A stretch of 64,000 bases of DNA from Sphingomonadaceae bacterium (GTDB taxonomy: Bacteria; Pseudomonadota; Alphaproteobacteria; Sphingomonadales; Sphingomonadaceae). Positions within the stretch are counted from its first letter, which is position 1, and every line of letters begins with the position of its first letter. Below the pieces are notes generated by a model, which did no database searches, was not told the origin of the DNA, and saw only the letters and a program-made list of their open reading frames with translations. This document shows, one piece after another, positions 15,062-26,595 of the stretch. The position numbers and the translations under genes were made by a program. The stretch is from contig JBKBUL010000001.1 in the NCBI GenBank assembly GCA_046290045.1, positions 865 through 64,864 of the forward strand, written 5' to 3'.

Positions 15062-15139
15062 GGTTGGTCCCTCTCGGTTCTCGCTTTGCGATTGAACCCG
15101 GCCCGAAGGGTCGCCCACGGCAACCCCTGCCCGGCCGGA

Positions 15140-15166
15140 TTAGCACTCACCCGTGGCGAGTGCTAA
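15140..15166. promoter_or_regulatory. CIRCE element (HrcA operator)
   Basis: Perfect TTAGCACTC-N9-GAGTGCTAA upstream of groES. Confidence 0.97.
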
Positions 15167-15176
15167 TGACTTGGCA

Positions 15177-15204
15177 GATATGTCGCACCCCCCTGGGGGT
15201 CAAG
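15177..15204 (-). promoter_or_regulatory. Putative groESL promoter (RpoH-like)
   Basis: Minus strand CTTGAC-N16-CATATC immediately upstream of CIRCE. Confidence 0.6.
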
Positions 15205-15289
15205 GGGTCGGCCACGATGAAATTTCGGTGACGGAGGCGGCGCAATGCATCGGCTTGCCGCCCGCATCGCGCCTCGCTACGCCCCGGTC

Positions 15290-18124
15290 ATGCGGCTCAC
15301 ATGGGAACAGATTGCCCTCAGGGCGCGCGACTTCTCGACGACCTGGGCAAACGAAAGCTACGAGCGCGGCGAGGCCCAGTCCTTCTGGAACGACTTCTTC
15401 GCGATCTTCGGCGTCCGCCGCCGACAGGTCGCCTCCTACGAACGTCGGGTGCAGAGCCATGATCGGCTGAAGCGCGGGTTCATCGACCTGTTCTGGCCGG
15501 GCACCCTCATCATCGAGCACAAGTCGGGGGGTGGCGATCTCCTTGCCGCGACGGACCAGGCGCTCGACTATTTCGACTGGCTGCCCGAGCCCGAGCAGCC
15601 CCGCTACATCCTGACGTGCGATTTCCAGAACTGGCGGCTGATCGACCTCGATGAGAACCGGGAAATCCGGTTCCGCTTGCACGAGCTTCACCGCCACGTC
15701 ACGGCCTTTGCCTTCATCCTCGGTCGCCGTCGCGCCTATGGGGCCGAGAGCGCCGTCACCATCGCGGCCGCCGAGCTGATGGGGAAGCTCCATGACCAGC
15801 TCAAGGCCAGCGGCTACGCGGGCCACGATCTGGAGCGCCTGCTCGTCCGCCTGCTCTTCTGCCTGTTCGCCGACGACACCGGCATTTTCGAGCCGAAGGA
15901 CATCTTCCTCGAGTTTCTCGAGAACGACACGCGCGAGGATGGCCAGGACCTCGGCGAGAAGCTCGTTCGCCTGTTCGATATTCTCGACACGCCCGAGGAC
16001 CAGCGGCAGTCGAACCTGCCCGACGAGCTGCGCGCCTTTCCCTATGTCAACGGAGACCTGTTCGCCGGCGCCATCCGCATCCCCCAGTTCGACCGGGCAA
16101 TGCGCAACGCCCTGCTGGACGCCGCCCGTTTCGACTGGTCCGGCGTTTCACCGGCCATTTTCGGCTCGCTGTTCCAGTCGGTCATGAACGCCGCCGAACG
16201 CCGCGCCAGGGGCGCCCACTACACCACCGAAGAGAATATCCTGAAGCTCTTGGGCCCCCTGTTCCTCGATGAGCTGCGCGCCGAACTCGATGCCGCGAAA
16301 GCCCGCAGGACCGGCCGCGAAGCCGCGCTTAACGCCTTCTGCCAGAAGCTCCCAACGCTTCGTTTCCTCGATCCGGCCTGCGGCTGCGGCAACTTCCTTG
16401 TCATCGCCTATCGCGAGCTCCGCCGCCTCGAACTCGAAGCCCTCGAAGCCCTCTACCCCAAGGTCATGACCGGCACTGGGGAGGAGGCCCGCCAGGGCTT
16501 CACCGATGTCGCCATGCTTTCGCGTGTCTCGGTCGATCAGTTCTGCGGCATCGAGCTTGAGGAGTTCCCCGCCCGCATCGCCGAGGTCGCCATGTGGATG
16601 ACCGACCATCTGGCGAACAATGCGCTTAGCCTCGCCTTCGGCACCAGCTACGCGCGGATACCCCTGCGGGAGTCGGCGCACATCCGGCACGCCGACGCGT
16701 TGGAGATGGACTGGGAAAGCCTCATCCCCGCCGCGAGATGCCACTTTGTGCTGGGCAATCCGCCCTTCCTCGGCGCCAAGGTCCAGACTGAGCATCAGCG
16801 CCAGCAGGTCCGAACGGTGGCAAGGCTCCCCGGCAGCGGCGGCACCCTTGATTATGTCGCTGCCTAGTTCCTGAAGGCCGCCGACTGGATGGCCGGCAAT
16901 CCCCGCCTGAAGATCGCCTTCGTCGCCACCAACAGCCTGACGCAGGGCGAACAGGTCGCCCAGCTCTGGCCCCTTCTCTTCCGCCGCGGCCTCGAAATCG
17001 CCTTCGCCCACCGCACCTTCGAATGGACATCCGAAGCGCGCGGCAAGGCCCATGTCCATTGCGTCATCCTCGGCCTCGCCCACCGCGACTCGCTCCTGAA
17101 CCGCAGGAAGCGCCTCTTCAGCTACCCCTCGATCAAGGGGCCACCCATCGAGACGCCGCACGACTGGCTCTCGCCCTATCTGGTGCCGGTCAGGGAAGCG
17201 CAGCGCCACCTGGTGGTGAAGGAGGAAGCGCGGCCGATCAACGGGACGAGGCCAGTGCGCTTTGGGACACAGCCCATTGATGGCGGCCACCTGATCCTCT
17301 CGCCCCAAGAGCAGACGGCGCTACTGAAGGCGGTTCCGACAGCCCGTCACTATGTCAAGCCATTTGTCGGTTCCGACGAGTATATTAACGGCAGAGCCCG
17401 GTTCATTCTCGACCTTGCCGACGCCCCACCGATGGTTCTGAGCGAGCCGGAATTGAAGGTGCGCCTTTCCGGCGTGGTGACAGCGCGGCTGGCAAGCAAG
17501 CGGCCGGCGACACGCGATCTTGCGAAGACACCAACAAAGTTCGCCTTTCGGACGGTTCCGTCTGCTCCGTTCTTGATCCTTCCCGGCGTCAGCAGCGAGC
17601 GCCGCGACTATGCGCCCATCGGCTGGGCCGAGCCGCCTACCATCCCGAGCAACCTCGTGAACGTCCTCCCCGACGCCACCCTCTGGGACTTCGCCATCCT
17701 CACCAGCGCCATGCACATGGCCTGGCTTCGCCACATCGGCGGGAGGCTCGAGAGCCGCTACCGCTACTCCATCGGCCTCGTTTACAACACCTTTCCCTGG
17801 CCCGAAGCCGTCACCCCCGCCGCACGGGCAAGGGTGGAAGCGCTCGCGCAAGGCATCCTCGACGCCCGCGCTGCGCCGAAGAACGCCACCGCCAGCCTCG
17901 CCCAGCTCTACAAACCGCTCACCATGCCGGCTGACCTTCGCGCCGCCCACGTCGCCCTCGACCGTGCGGTCGATCGCCTCTACCGCGCCACCCCCTTCAC
18001 CGGCGATGCCGACCGCGTCGAACATCTGCTCACCCGCTACGAGCTTCTCGTGAACAGCCTCGGCGCCGCGCCTGCCGCCAACCGCCGCACCGCCCGCCGC
18101 CGGCAGGCCCGGGTCAGCGGCTGA
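15290..18124 (+). pseudogene. MmeI-like type IIL restriction-modification enzyme interrupted by an in-frame TAG at 16865-16867
   Basis: N-terminus ERGEAQSFWNDFF and IDLFWPGTLIIEHKS (PD-ExK nuclease); GAHYT, LDPACGCGNFL, GNPPF (N6-adenine MTase); C-terminus GGRLESRYRYS...YNTFPWP. ORFs 15245..16867 and 16889..18124 share a frame: DYVAA*FLKAADWM. Confidence 0.85.
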
Positions 18125-18139
18125 GCCCGGCCCGCCGCC

Positions 18140-19042
18140 TCAGGCGCGCGGCGCCGTCAGCGCCCCCTGCAGCTGAGCTGCCCCCGTCTCGGGCACGGTT
18201 TCCCCCGCGCGGTCGCGGATGGCGTCGAGATGGGCCGCGACCGTCTCGGGCGAGAGCTGGTCCGCGCCCACGGAAATGCCGCGCGTCAGCGTCACGTGCG
18301 CGGCCGCAAAGCCGCCGCCGCCGGCGTTCATCACCATGCTGGTGGGCGCCTCCTCGCTCACCAGGAACAGGGCGGCGGGGCTGACGGTCTCGGGCCCGAT
18401 CTTCGCCATGATCTCGGGCGGAATGGGCAGATCCTCGGTCATGCGCGTTGCCGCCACCGGCGCAATGGAGTTCACCCGCACATTGTACTTGGCACCCTCC
18501 AGCGACAACGTCTTCATGAAGCCGACCAGCGCCAGCTTCGCCGCGCCATAGTTGGACTGGCCGAAATTGCCGTAGAGGCCGGTCGAGCTCGTCGTCATCA
18601 GGATGCGGCCATAGCCGGCCTCGCGCATTCCGTCCCACACGGCCTTGGTGCAGATCACGCTGCCCATCAGGTGCACGTCCAGCACGGCGCGGAAATCCTC
18701 CAGCGTCATCTTGGTGAAGGTGCGGTCGCGCAGGATTCCGGCATTGTTGATGAGGATGTCGATCCGGCCCCAGCGCGCCCGCGCCTCGGCCACCATGGCG
18801 GCAACACCCGCCTCGTCGGTCACGCTCGCCGAGTTTGCGATTGCCTCGCCGCCGGCCGCCACGATCTCGTCCACCACGGCCTGCGCGGCGGAAACCCCGC
18901 CGCCCGAGCCATCGCGCGCGCCGCCCAGGTCGTTCACCACCACCTTCGCGCCGCGCGCGGCAAGATCGAGGGCATAGCGCCGGCCGAGCCCGTTTCCGGC
19001 GCCCGTCACGATGGCCACTCGGCCGTCGAAGCGGATGGTCAT
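18140..19042 (-). CDS. SDR family oxidoreductase (MFE-2 / hydroxyacyl-CoA dehydrogenase-like)
   Basis: VTGAGNGLG, VVVNDLG, NNAGILRD, GNFGQSNYGAAK. Confidence 0.9.
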   Translation of the reverse strand: MTIRFDGRVAIVTGAGNGLGRRYALDLAARGAKVVVNDLGGARDGSGGGVSAAQAVVDEIVAAGGEAIANSASVTDEAGVAAMVAEARARWGRIDILINNAGILRDRTFTKMTLEDFRAVLDVHLMGSVICTKAVWDGMREAGYGRILMTTSSTGLYGNFGQSNYGAAKLALVGFMKTLSLEGAKYNVRVNSIAPVAATRMTEDLPIPPEIMAKIGPETVSPAALFLVSEEAPTSMVMNAGGGGFAAAHVTLTRGISVGADQLSPETVAAHLDAIRDRAGETVPETGAAQLQGALTAPRA

Positions 19043-19108
19043 GTCGAATAACTCCCCTTGCGTCTGTCGCGGGCCTCCTAGGCCCGGCCCGCAGGGGGCC
19101 GCAAGGGG

Positions 19109-19816
<708 letters not shown>

Positions 19817-19835
19817 GGGCGGTCTCCTTGGCTGA

Positions 19836-20564
19836 TCAGTCATCGGCGGGGTGAGCGGCAATTGTGGCCGTCTGGTCGGACTTCGGCCGGTCGGCCACAT
19901 ATTCGCCGGTCACGGAGTAATGGACCATCTCGGCAATGTTGGTCGCATGGTCGCCCACCCGCTCGAGATTCTTGGCGATGAACAGCAGGTGGGCAGACGG
20001 GGTGATGTGGTGCGGATTCTCCATCATGTAGGTGAGAAGCCCGCGGAACAGGGAATTGTAGAAGTCGTCCACATGCTGGTCGCCTTCCATCACCTGGCGG
20101 GCCAGCTCGGGGTCGCGATCGACATAGCTGTCGAGCGCATCGCGCACCATGGCGGCGGCCGCGCGCGCCATCTCCGGTATGATCACGCTGGGGCCAACGG
20201 GGGCGGCCTGGGTCAGCACCGGCACGCGCTTGGCGATGTTCTTGGCATAGTCGCCGATGCGCTCGATGATGGCCGAGATCTTCAGCGCCGCCACGATCTC
20301 CCGCAGGTCGTCGGCGAGCGGCGAGCGAAGCGCGATGATCGTGACCGCCAGCCGCTCGGCTTCCGCCTCCAGCCGGTCGAGTTCGGCGTCCCGCGCGACG
20401 ACCGCCAGCGCCGAATCCGCATCCCGGCGGACGAGCGCGTCGATCGCCTCGCCGATCTGCGCTTCGGCAAGCCCCCCCATCTGGCTGATGAGTGTCCGCA
20501 ATTCCTCGATCTGCTCGTCGTAGGAGCGGACGGTGTGCGCGGCAGGCGGGTCGGTCATCGCCAT
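19836..20564 (-). CDS. phoU: Phosphate signalling protein PhoU
   Basis: HTVRSYDEQI, ERIGDYAKNIAKR, KNLERVGDHATNIAE. Confidence 0.95.
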   Translation of the reverse strand: MAMTDPPAAHTVRSYDEQIEELRTLISQMGGLAEAQIGEAIDALVRRDADSALAVVARDAELDRLEAEAERLAVTIIALRSPLADDLREIVAALKISAIIERIGDYAKNIAKRVPVLTQAAPVGPSVIIPEMARAAAAMVRDALDSYVDRDPELARQVMEGDQHVDDFYNSLFRGLLTYMMENPHHITPSAHLLFIAKNLERVGDHATNIAEMVHYSVTGEYVADRPKSDQTATIAAHPADD

Positions 20565-21373
20565 CAGCCGTACCTCCCGGTGATATAGTCCTTCGTCCGT
20601 GTCTCGCGCGGGTTGGTGAAGATCTCGCGCGTCTCGCCATATTCGACCAGGTGGCCGAGGTGGAAGAAGGCCGTGCGCTGGCTCACCCGGGCTGCCTGCT
20701 GCATGTTGTGGGTCACGATCACGATCGCGTAATTGCCGCGCAGCTCGTCGATCAGTTCCTCGATCTTGGCGGTCGCGATCGGGTCAAGAGCGGAGGCCGG
20801 CTCGTCCATCAGGATCACTTCCGGGTTCACCGCGATCGCGCGCGCAATGCACAGCCGCTGCTGCTGGCCGCCCGACAGCGCCGTGCCCGAATCCGACAGC
20901 CGGTCCTTCACCTCGTCCCACAGGCCTGCGCGCCTCAGCGACTGTTCCACGATCACGTCCATGTCGGCCTTGCCGCGGGCGAGTCCGTGGATCCGCGGGC
21001 CGTAGGCGACATTCTCGTAGATGCTCTTGGGGAAGGGGTTGGGCTTCTGGAACACCATGCCGACACGGGCGCGCAGCTGGACCACGTCCATGGCGGGCGA
21101 ATGGATGTCCTCGCCGTCGAGCAAGATCTCGCCCGTCACCCGAGCGCCGGCCACCGTGTCGTTCATGCGGTTGAGGCAGCGCAGGAAGGTCGATTTCCCG
21201 CAGCCCGACGGGCCGATGAAGGCGGTCACCTCGTCGGTCGAAACGTCGATCGAGACGCCCTTGATGGCCTCGAAGTCGCCGTAGAAGACATGCACGTCGC
21301 GCGCCGTCATCTTCGGACGCGACGTCTCGGCCCGGCTGCCGGCGGCAGCCCCGGTCACGGCGATCTCGTTCAC
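20564..21373 (-). CDS. pstB: Phosphate ABC transporter ATPase
   Basis: [37 protein letters not shown]. Confidence 0.97.
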   Translation of the reverse strand: MNEIAVTGAAAGSRAETSRPKMTARDVHVFYGDFEAIKGVSIDVSTDEVTAFIGPSGCGKSTFLRCLNRMNDTVAGARVTGEILLDGEDIHSPAMDVVQLRARVGMVFQKPNPFPKSIYENVAYGPRIHGLARGKADMDVIVEQSLRRAGLWDEVKDRLSDSGTALSGGQQQRLCIARAIAVNPEVILMDEPASALDPIATAKIEELIDELRGNYAIVIVTHNMQQAARVSQRTAFFHLGHLVEYGETREIFTNPRETRTKDYITGRYG

Positions 21374-22674
21374 CAGCGCACCTCGAAACGGTTTCTGAGA
21401 TAGATGGCCAGGCTGTTCACCGCGAGCAGGAACAGCAGCAGCACGATGATGGCGCCCGACGTCTTCTCGACGAAGCCGCGGCTCACATTGTCGGACCAGA
21501 TGAAGATCTGCACCGGCAGCACGGTTGCCGGCTGGGTCAGCCCCTGCGGCACGGACGTCAGGAAGGCGCGCATCCCGATCATCAGCAGCGGCGCCGTTTC
21601 CCCCAGCGCGCGCGCCATGCCGAGGATGGTGCCCGTCAGCATGCCCGGCAGCGCCAGCGGCAGCACATGGTGGAACACGACCTGGACCGGGCTTGCCCCC
21701 ACGCCCAACGCGGCATCGCGGATGGACGGCGGCACCGCCTTGATCGCCGCCCGGCTGGCGATCACGATCACGGGAAGGGTCATCAGCGCCAACGTAAGCC
21801 CCCCGACGACCGGCGCCGAGCGCGGCATGTTCATCGTGTTGAGAAAGACGGCAAGGCCAAGCAGGCCGAAGATGATCGAGGGCACGGCCGCCAGATTATT
21901 GATCGACACCTCGATCACGTCCGTCCAGCGGTTCCGGGGCGCGAACTCCTCGAGATAGATGGCCGCCAGGACGCCGATCGGAAAGCTGATCAGCAGGGTG
22001 ACGAGCACGGTCAGGAAGCTGCCCTTGAGCGCCCCCCAGACGCCTGCCAGCTCGGGATCGACCGAGTCGGCCGCCGTGAGGAAGGTCGTGTTGAACACGG
22101 TCCTGAGCGCGCCCTTGGCCTCCATCTGTCGCCACAGCCGGACCTCGATATCGCTGACGGGGCGATCGGCCTCGTCGGCGCCGAGGTCGATCCGGCCCTT
22201 GGCGAGCTGGTCGATGTGCGAGCTGGTGATGGCCCAGGTCTCGACGGTGGTGCCGATGAGATCCGGGTTCGCCATCACCTTGGAGCGAAGCGACAGCCAG
22301 GCGCCGTCCGACAGGATGAGGTCGGCATCACCATGGGCTGCCTCCACCGCATCGGCGAGAACGCCCTGGAAGTTCGCGCGCGCCAGCGCCTTCGGATCGG
22401 TGCGCGCCTGCTCGGCGGTGATCCCCAGCCGCTCCGCGCTGAGCGTGACCGGCACCTTCACCTGCGTCTGCAGGAAGGCCGTCCAGCCGCTGGCGACGAT
22501 CGTCGACAGCAGGAACAGCAGAAAGCCAGCCGCGATCGCCACCGCGAGCAGCCCCAGCGCCCTGAAGTTGCGCTCCGCGCGATAGCGGCGACGGATTCGC
22601 GCCTGCATCGCGTCCGAGGCCCAGGATGTCGGCTGCGGCTCGGCCGCAGTCCGGGGAAGCGCGATCTCAGTCAT
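21370..22674 (-). CDS. pstA: Phosphate ABC transporter permease PstA
   Basis: [28 protein letters not shown], ends RNRFEVRW. Confidence 0.95.
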   Translation of the reverse strand: MTEIALPRTAAEPQPTSWASDAMQARIRRRYRAERNFRALGLLAVAIAAGFLLFLLSTIVASGWTAFLQTQVKVPVTLSAERLGITAEQARTDPKALARANFQGVLADAVEAAHGDADLILSDGAWLSLRSKVMANPDLIGTTVETWAITSSHIDQLAKGRIDLGADEADRPVSDIEVRLWRQMEAKGALRTVFNTTFLTAADSVDPELAGVWGALKGSFLTVLVTLLISFPIGVLAAIYLEEFAPRNRWTDVIEVSINNLAAVPSIIFGLLGLAVFLNTMNMPRSAPVVGGLTLALMTLPVIVIASRAAIKAVPPSIRDAALGVGASPVQVVFHHVLPLALPGMLTGTILGMARALGETAPLLMIGMRAFLTSVPQGLTQPATVLPVQIFIWSDNVSRGFVEKTSGAIIVLLLFLLAVNSLAIYLRNRFEVRW

Positions 22675-24061
22675 AGGCCTCCCGATACTTCTTGACGACA
22701 GCAAGCGCGTAGATGTTGAGCGCCAGGGTCACCAGGAACAGCACGAGGCCCAGCGCGAAGGCCGACAGCGTCTTGGCGCTGTCGAACTCCTGGTCGCCTG
22801 TCAGCAGTGCCACGATCTGCGCGGTCACGGTCGTCACGCTGTCGAAGGGGTTGAGCGTCAGGTTGGCGGCAAGGCCGGCTGCCATCACCACGATCATCGT
22901 CTCCCCGATGGCTCGCGAGACGGCGAGCAGCACCCCGCCGACGATCCCCGGAAGCGCTGCCGGGATCAGCACCTTGCGGATGGTCTCGGAAGGGGTCGCG
23001 CCCATCGCGAGGCTTCCGTCGCGCATGGCCCGCGGCACAGCCGTCAGCGCGTCGTCGGCCATGGAGGAAACGAAGGGAATGATCATGACGCCCATCACCA
23101 GGCCGGCCGCCAGTGCCGACTCCGAACTTGCATTTTCGATCCCGATCGACACCGCGAACTGGCGCACCGCCGGCGCCACGGTGAGCGCCGCGAAGAACCC
23201 GTAGACAACGGTCGGCACGCCGGCGAGCACCTCGAGAACGGGCTTTGCCACCTTGCGAAAACCGGGCGCGGCATATTGGGTGAGGTAGATGGCCGTCATC
23301 AGGCCCAGCGGAATGGCAACGATCATGGCGATGATCGCGCCGATGAACAGCGTGCCCCAGAAGAGCGGCACGGCGCCAAACGCACCCGAGGATCCCACCT
23401 GGTCCGCCCGGATCGCCGTCTGCGGAGACCATTGCGTGCCGAACAGGAACTCGATCGGGCTCACCTTCTGGAAGAAGCGGAAGCTCTCGAACACAAGGCT
23501 GGCGACGATGCCAAAGGTCGTCAGGATGGCGACCAGGGACGCCACGACCAGCGCCAGCATGATGAAGCGCTCGACCTGGGTTCGGGCCCGGAAATCGGCC
23601 CTGAGGCGACTCCAGCCCCAGAGCGCACCCATCAGCCCCAGCGCCAGCGCGGCGCCGCCGAAGATGAGGCCGTAACGCTGCTCGGCAGCCTTCCAGACCG
23701 GCACGGCGGCTTCCGCATTCGGATTGAAGGCCGCGGCATAGTCGCCGCGCACCAGCCCGCGCACCTCGGAGAGGAAGGCCGTGCGCTCGAGATCGGTCGC
23801 GGGCATCGCGCCGGGGGGCAGGCTGGCCAGCACCTCGGCCGACACGAGCCGCCCGCCGATCAGCGCCCAGATGACGAGGACGACAAGGGCCGGCAGCAGC
23901 GCCAGTACGCCGACAAATGCGCCATGATAACCGGGGCGGGAATGCACGGCGCCCTTCTGCGCGCCGGCCGCCGCCACAAAGGCGTCGGCCTTGCGCGCGC
24001 CGAGCCACCAGGCCAGCAGCGCCAGCACCAGGACGGCCAGAAGCGCGACGGAGAGGCTCAT
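22667..24061 (-). CDS. pstC: Phosphate ABC transporter permease PstC
   Basis: LAGVPTVVYGFFA, SRAIGETMIV, ends KKYREAYD. Confidence 0.95.
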   Translation of the reverse strand: MSLSVALLAVLVLALLAWWLGARKADAFVAAAGAQKGAVHSRPGYHGAFVGVLALLPALVVLVIWALIGGRLVSAEVLASLPPGAMPATDLERTAFLSEVRGLVRGDYAAAFNPNAEAAVPVWKAAEQRYGLIFGGAALALGLMGALWGWSRLRADFRARTQVERFIMLALVVASLVAILTTFGIVASLVFESFRFFQKVSPIEFLFGTQWSPQTAIRADQVGSSGAFGAVPLFWGTLFIGAIIAMIVAIPLGLMTAIYLTQYAAPGFRKVAKPVLEVLAGVPTVVYGFFAALTVAPAVRQFAVSIGIENASSESALAAGLVMGVMIIPFVSSMADDALTAVPRAMRDGSLAMGATPSETIRKVLIPAALPGIVGGVLLAVSRAIGETMIVVMAAGLAANLTLNPFDSVTTVTAQIVALLTGDQEFDSAKTLSAFALGLVLFLVTLALNIYALAVVKKYREAYD

Positions 24062-25092
24062 GCCAGGTCGCCTTCCGTCAGCGGCACCAGCCCCTCGGCC
24101 CGGGCGCGGTAGCGGGCGCGAACCTCGTCGGGCGAGGCCACCAGCCCGCGCCGCTGCAGGTAGCCGCCCGGGCCCCAGGCGCGTTCGGACGTGTATTCGT
24201 CCACGAACTCGCGAAGGCCGCGGATGGCGCGCACATGCTGCGCCTTCACATAGATGAACATCGGCCGCGCCGCCGGATAGCTGCGGTCAGAGATCGTCTC
24301 GTAGGTTGCCGGCACGCCGTCGATCGGCACATCGCGAAGCGTGTCGAGATTGGCCTCGAGGAAACTGAAACCGAAGGCACCGATGGCATTGGGGTTGGCC
24401 GCCAGCTTCTGCACGATCAGATTGTCATTCTCCCCCGCCTCCACATAGACGCCATCCTCGCGGATCTTGTTGCAGACCGTCTTGAACCGGTCGGGGTCGG
24501 ACTTCTCCAGCACCAGCATGGCCGGATCGGTCTTGCAGCCGGCCAGCATGTAGAGTTCGTTGAAGCTGTCGCGCGTGCCGGAGGTGGGCGGCGGGCCGAT
24601 CACCTCGATTCGGATCCGCGGCAGGGCGGGATTGACGTCGGACCAGAAGCGCGCCGTCTGCGCTCGACCGAAGGGCTCGGCCGCCAGCGCCGCATAGACA
24701 TCGCGCAGGCTGAGGTTGAGGGGCGTTCCCGTCTTGCCCTGGGCGAGGACCAGCCCGTCGATCCCCACCTGCAGTTCCACCACCTCCTGCGCACCGTTGC
24801 GGATGCAGTCGGCAAGCTCGCCGCGCTTCATCCGTCGCGAGGCGTTCACGACATCGGGATAGCGCGATCCGATCCCGTCGCAGAACAGCTTGATACCGCC
24901 CCCCGTCCCGGTTGCCTCGACGATCGGCGACGTGAACTCGGGATTGTTGCGGATGAAGTTCTCGGCAACGGCCGTCGTGAAGGGAAAGACGGTGGAGGAG
25001 CCGACGATGCGGATCTGGGTGCGCGAATCCGTGCAGCCGGTCACGGACAGAAGGGCCAAGGCCGCCACGGCTGTCCGGAAGCCCCCCTGCAT
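24058..25092 (-). CDS. pstS: Phosphate-binding lipoprotein PstS
   Basis: Lipobox-like VTGC, IVGSSTVFPF, TGTGGGIKLFC, GPPPTSGTRD. Confidence 0.93.
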   Translation of the reverse strand: MQGGFRTAVAALALLSVTGCTDSRTQIRIVGSSTVFPFTTAVAENFIRNNPEFTSPIVEATGTGGGIKLFCDGIGSRYPDVVNASRRMKRGELADCIRNGAQEVVELQVGIDGLVLAQGKTGTPLNLSLRDVYAALAAEPFGRAQTARFWSDVNPALPRIRIEVIGPPPTSGTRDSFNELYMLAGCKTDPAMLVLEKSDPDRFKTVCNKIREDGVYVEAGENDNLIVQKLAANPNAIGAFGFSFLEANLDTLRDVPIDGVPATYETISDRSYPAARPMFIYVKAQHVRAIRGLREFVDEYTSERAWGPGGYLQRRGLVASPDEVRARYRARAEGLVPLTEGDLA

Positions 25093-25187
25093 CCTGCCAC
25101 GTCTCCCGAAAGGACGGCCACCGCAAACCCTCGCCAGAGGCGCGGCGGCCGATCATCTGGTGCCCGTCTAGAAGCCGAGCGTGGGGC

Positions 25188-25220
25188 TTATGTGACGATC
25201 TCGTTGCGGATTTGTGACGC
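25188..25220 (-). promoter_or_regulatory. Putative PHO box array for pstS inside the phoR 3' end
   Basis: Minus strand GCGTCACAAAT-CCGCAACGAGA-TCGTCACATAA: three 11-bp units resembling CTGTCAT-N4, about 96 nt upstream of pstS. Confidence 0.55.
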
Positions 25221-26519
25221 CGCCTCCGGCGCCCCGGCCGGGTCGGGGCCGGCCTCGGGGCGAGGTGCCGGACTGACGGCAGGCACGAGGAAGGAAACCG
25301 TCGTGCCCTCCCCCTGGCGGCTGGAGATGTCGAGGCGGCCACGATGCCGCTCGACGATGTGCTTCACGATCGCGAGCCCCAGCCCCGTTCCCCCCATCGA
25401 GCGCGACCGGCCCGTATCCACCCGGTAGAAGCGCTCTGTCAGGCGCGGCAGATGTTCGGGCGCGATCCCCTCGCCCTCGTCGGTCACCGACACGCGCACC
25501 ATCTCCTCGCCGCCGCGCGCCGTGCCCGTGTCGCGCGCGGCCGAAACGACGATCGGCGTTCCGCTCCGGCCATATTTCAGCGCGTTGGAGATGAGATTGT
25601 GCAGCACCTGGAGCATCTGGTCCCGGTCGGCAACCACCTGCGGCAGTTCGGCTTCCAGTTCGATCACCAGTTTCCGGCCGTCCCCCTCGAGGCGCATGGC
25701 AAGGGTCTTTCCCACGTCCGACAGAAGCGGCGGCAGGTCGATCACCGTCTGCGGGCGCACATATTTGTCGAGCTCGATCCGCGACAGGCTGAGCAGATCG
25801 TCGATCAGCCGCGACATTCGGCCAGCCTCGCGCGACATGATCTCAAGGAAGCGCCGACGCGCCGGCTCGTCGTCGAAGGCTGGCCCCAGCAAGGTCTCGA
25901 TGAAGCCCGAGATATTGGCAAGCGGGGTCCTGAGTTCGTGGCTGGCGTTGGCGACAAAGTCCGCCCGCATGCGCTCGGTGAGGCGGGCCTGGGTGATGTC
26001 GGTGAAGGTCAGAAGCTGGCGCCCATCGCCGAGCGCCACGACGCGGACCCGGAAGGCGCCGTCCTGCGCGCCAAGCGTCGTCACCTCGCGAAGCACGGGC
26101 GTGTTGCCCTGCATGCCGAGGCGAACCGCATCCATGATCACCGGGTGCCTGACGGTCTGCCTGAGGTCAGCGCCGGTGATGCGCTGCCCGAACAGGCCGA
26201 GCGCCCCCTCGTTGGCCGCCAGAACCCGCCACTGCGGCGACACGATGAGCGCGGGATCGGCAAGGCTTGCGATCCCGATCCGGTCACCGGCATCGACCGT
26301 GGGCGAGGCGGGCGGCCGGAACTTCAAGGGCACCTGATGGACACCACCCCGCAGGAGGAAACTGGCGAGCCGATAACCGAGCCAGGTGACAATCAGGAGA
26401 AGGAATGAAGACGGAACGGTTCCAAGCCCGGCCTCGGTCGCGACGAACCAGGCGCCGGTGCCGAGGGCCGCCCCGAAGGACAGCGACACCCACGCCCCGC
26501 CTGCCGCCGACCCGCTCAT
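25188..26519 (-). CDS. phoR: Phosphate sensor histidine kinase PhoR
   Basis: Two TM segments, PAS-like region, DFVANASHELRTPL, NLISNALKY, RLTERFYRVD, GGTGLGLAIVKH; heads the pst operon. Confidence 0.92.
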   Translation of the reverse strand: MSGSAAGGAWVSLSFGAALGTGAWFVATEAGLGTVPSSFLLLIVTWLGYRLASFLLRGGVHQVPLKFRPPASPTVDAGDRIGIASLADPALIVSPQWRVLAANEGALGLFGQRITGADLRQTVRHPVIMDAVRLGMQGNTPVLREVTTLGAQDGAFRVRVVALGDGRQLLTFTDITQARLTERMRADFVANASHELRTPLANISGFIETLLGPAFDDEPARRRFLEIMSREAGRMSRLIDDLLSLSRIELDKYVRPQTVIDLPPLLSDVGKTLAMRLEGDGRKLVIELEAELPQVVADRDQMLQVLHNLISNALKYGRSGTPIVVSAARDTGTARGGEEMVRVSVTDEGEGIAPEHLPRLTERFYRVDTGRSRSMGGTGLGLAIVKHIVERHRGRLDISSRQGEGTTVSFLVPAVSPAPRPEAGPDPAGAPEAASQIRNEIVT

Positions 26520-26595
26520 GTCACCCTTCTGCCACAGCCCGGCCGCCCCGGCCAACTCGGCTTGTCTCACGGCCCTGACAGGCTAAGGGCAGGCG

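Noticed and set aside
16865-16867. Pyrrolysine or genome-wide amber recoding of the RM TAG
   Set aside because: TAG terminates many normal genes here (cysNC, rpsI, MoxR) and no pyl genes are present.
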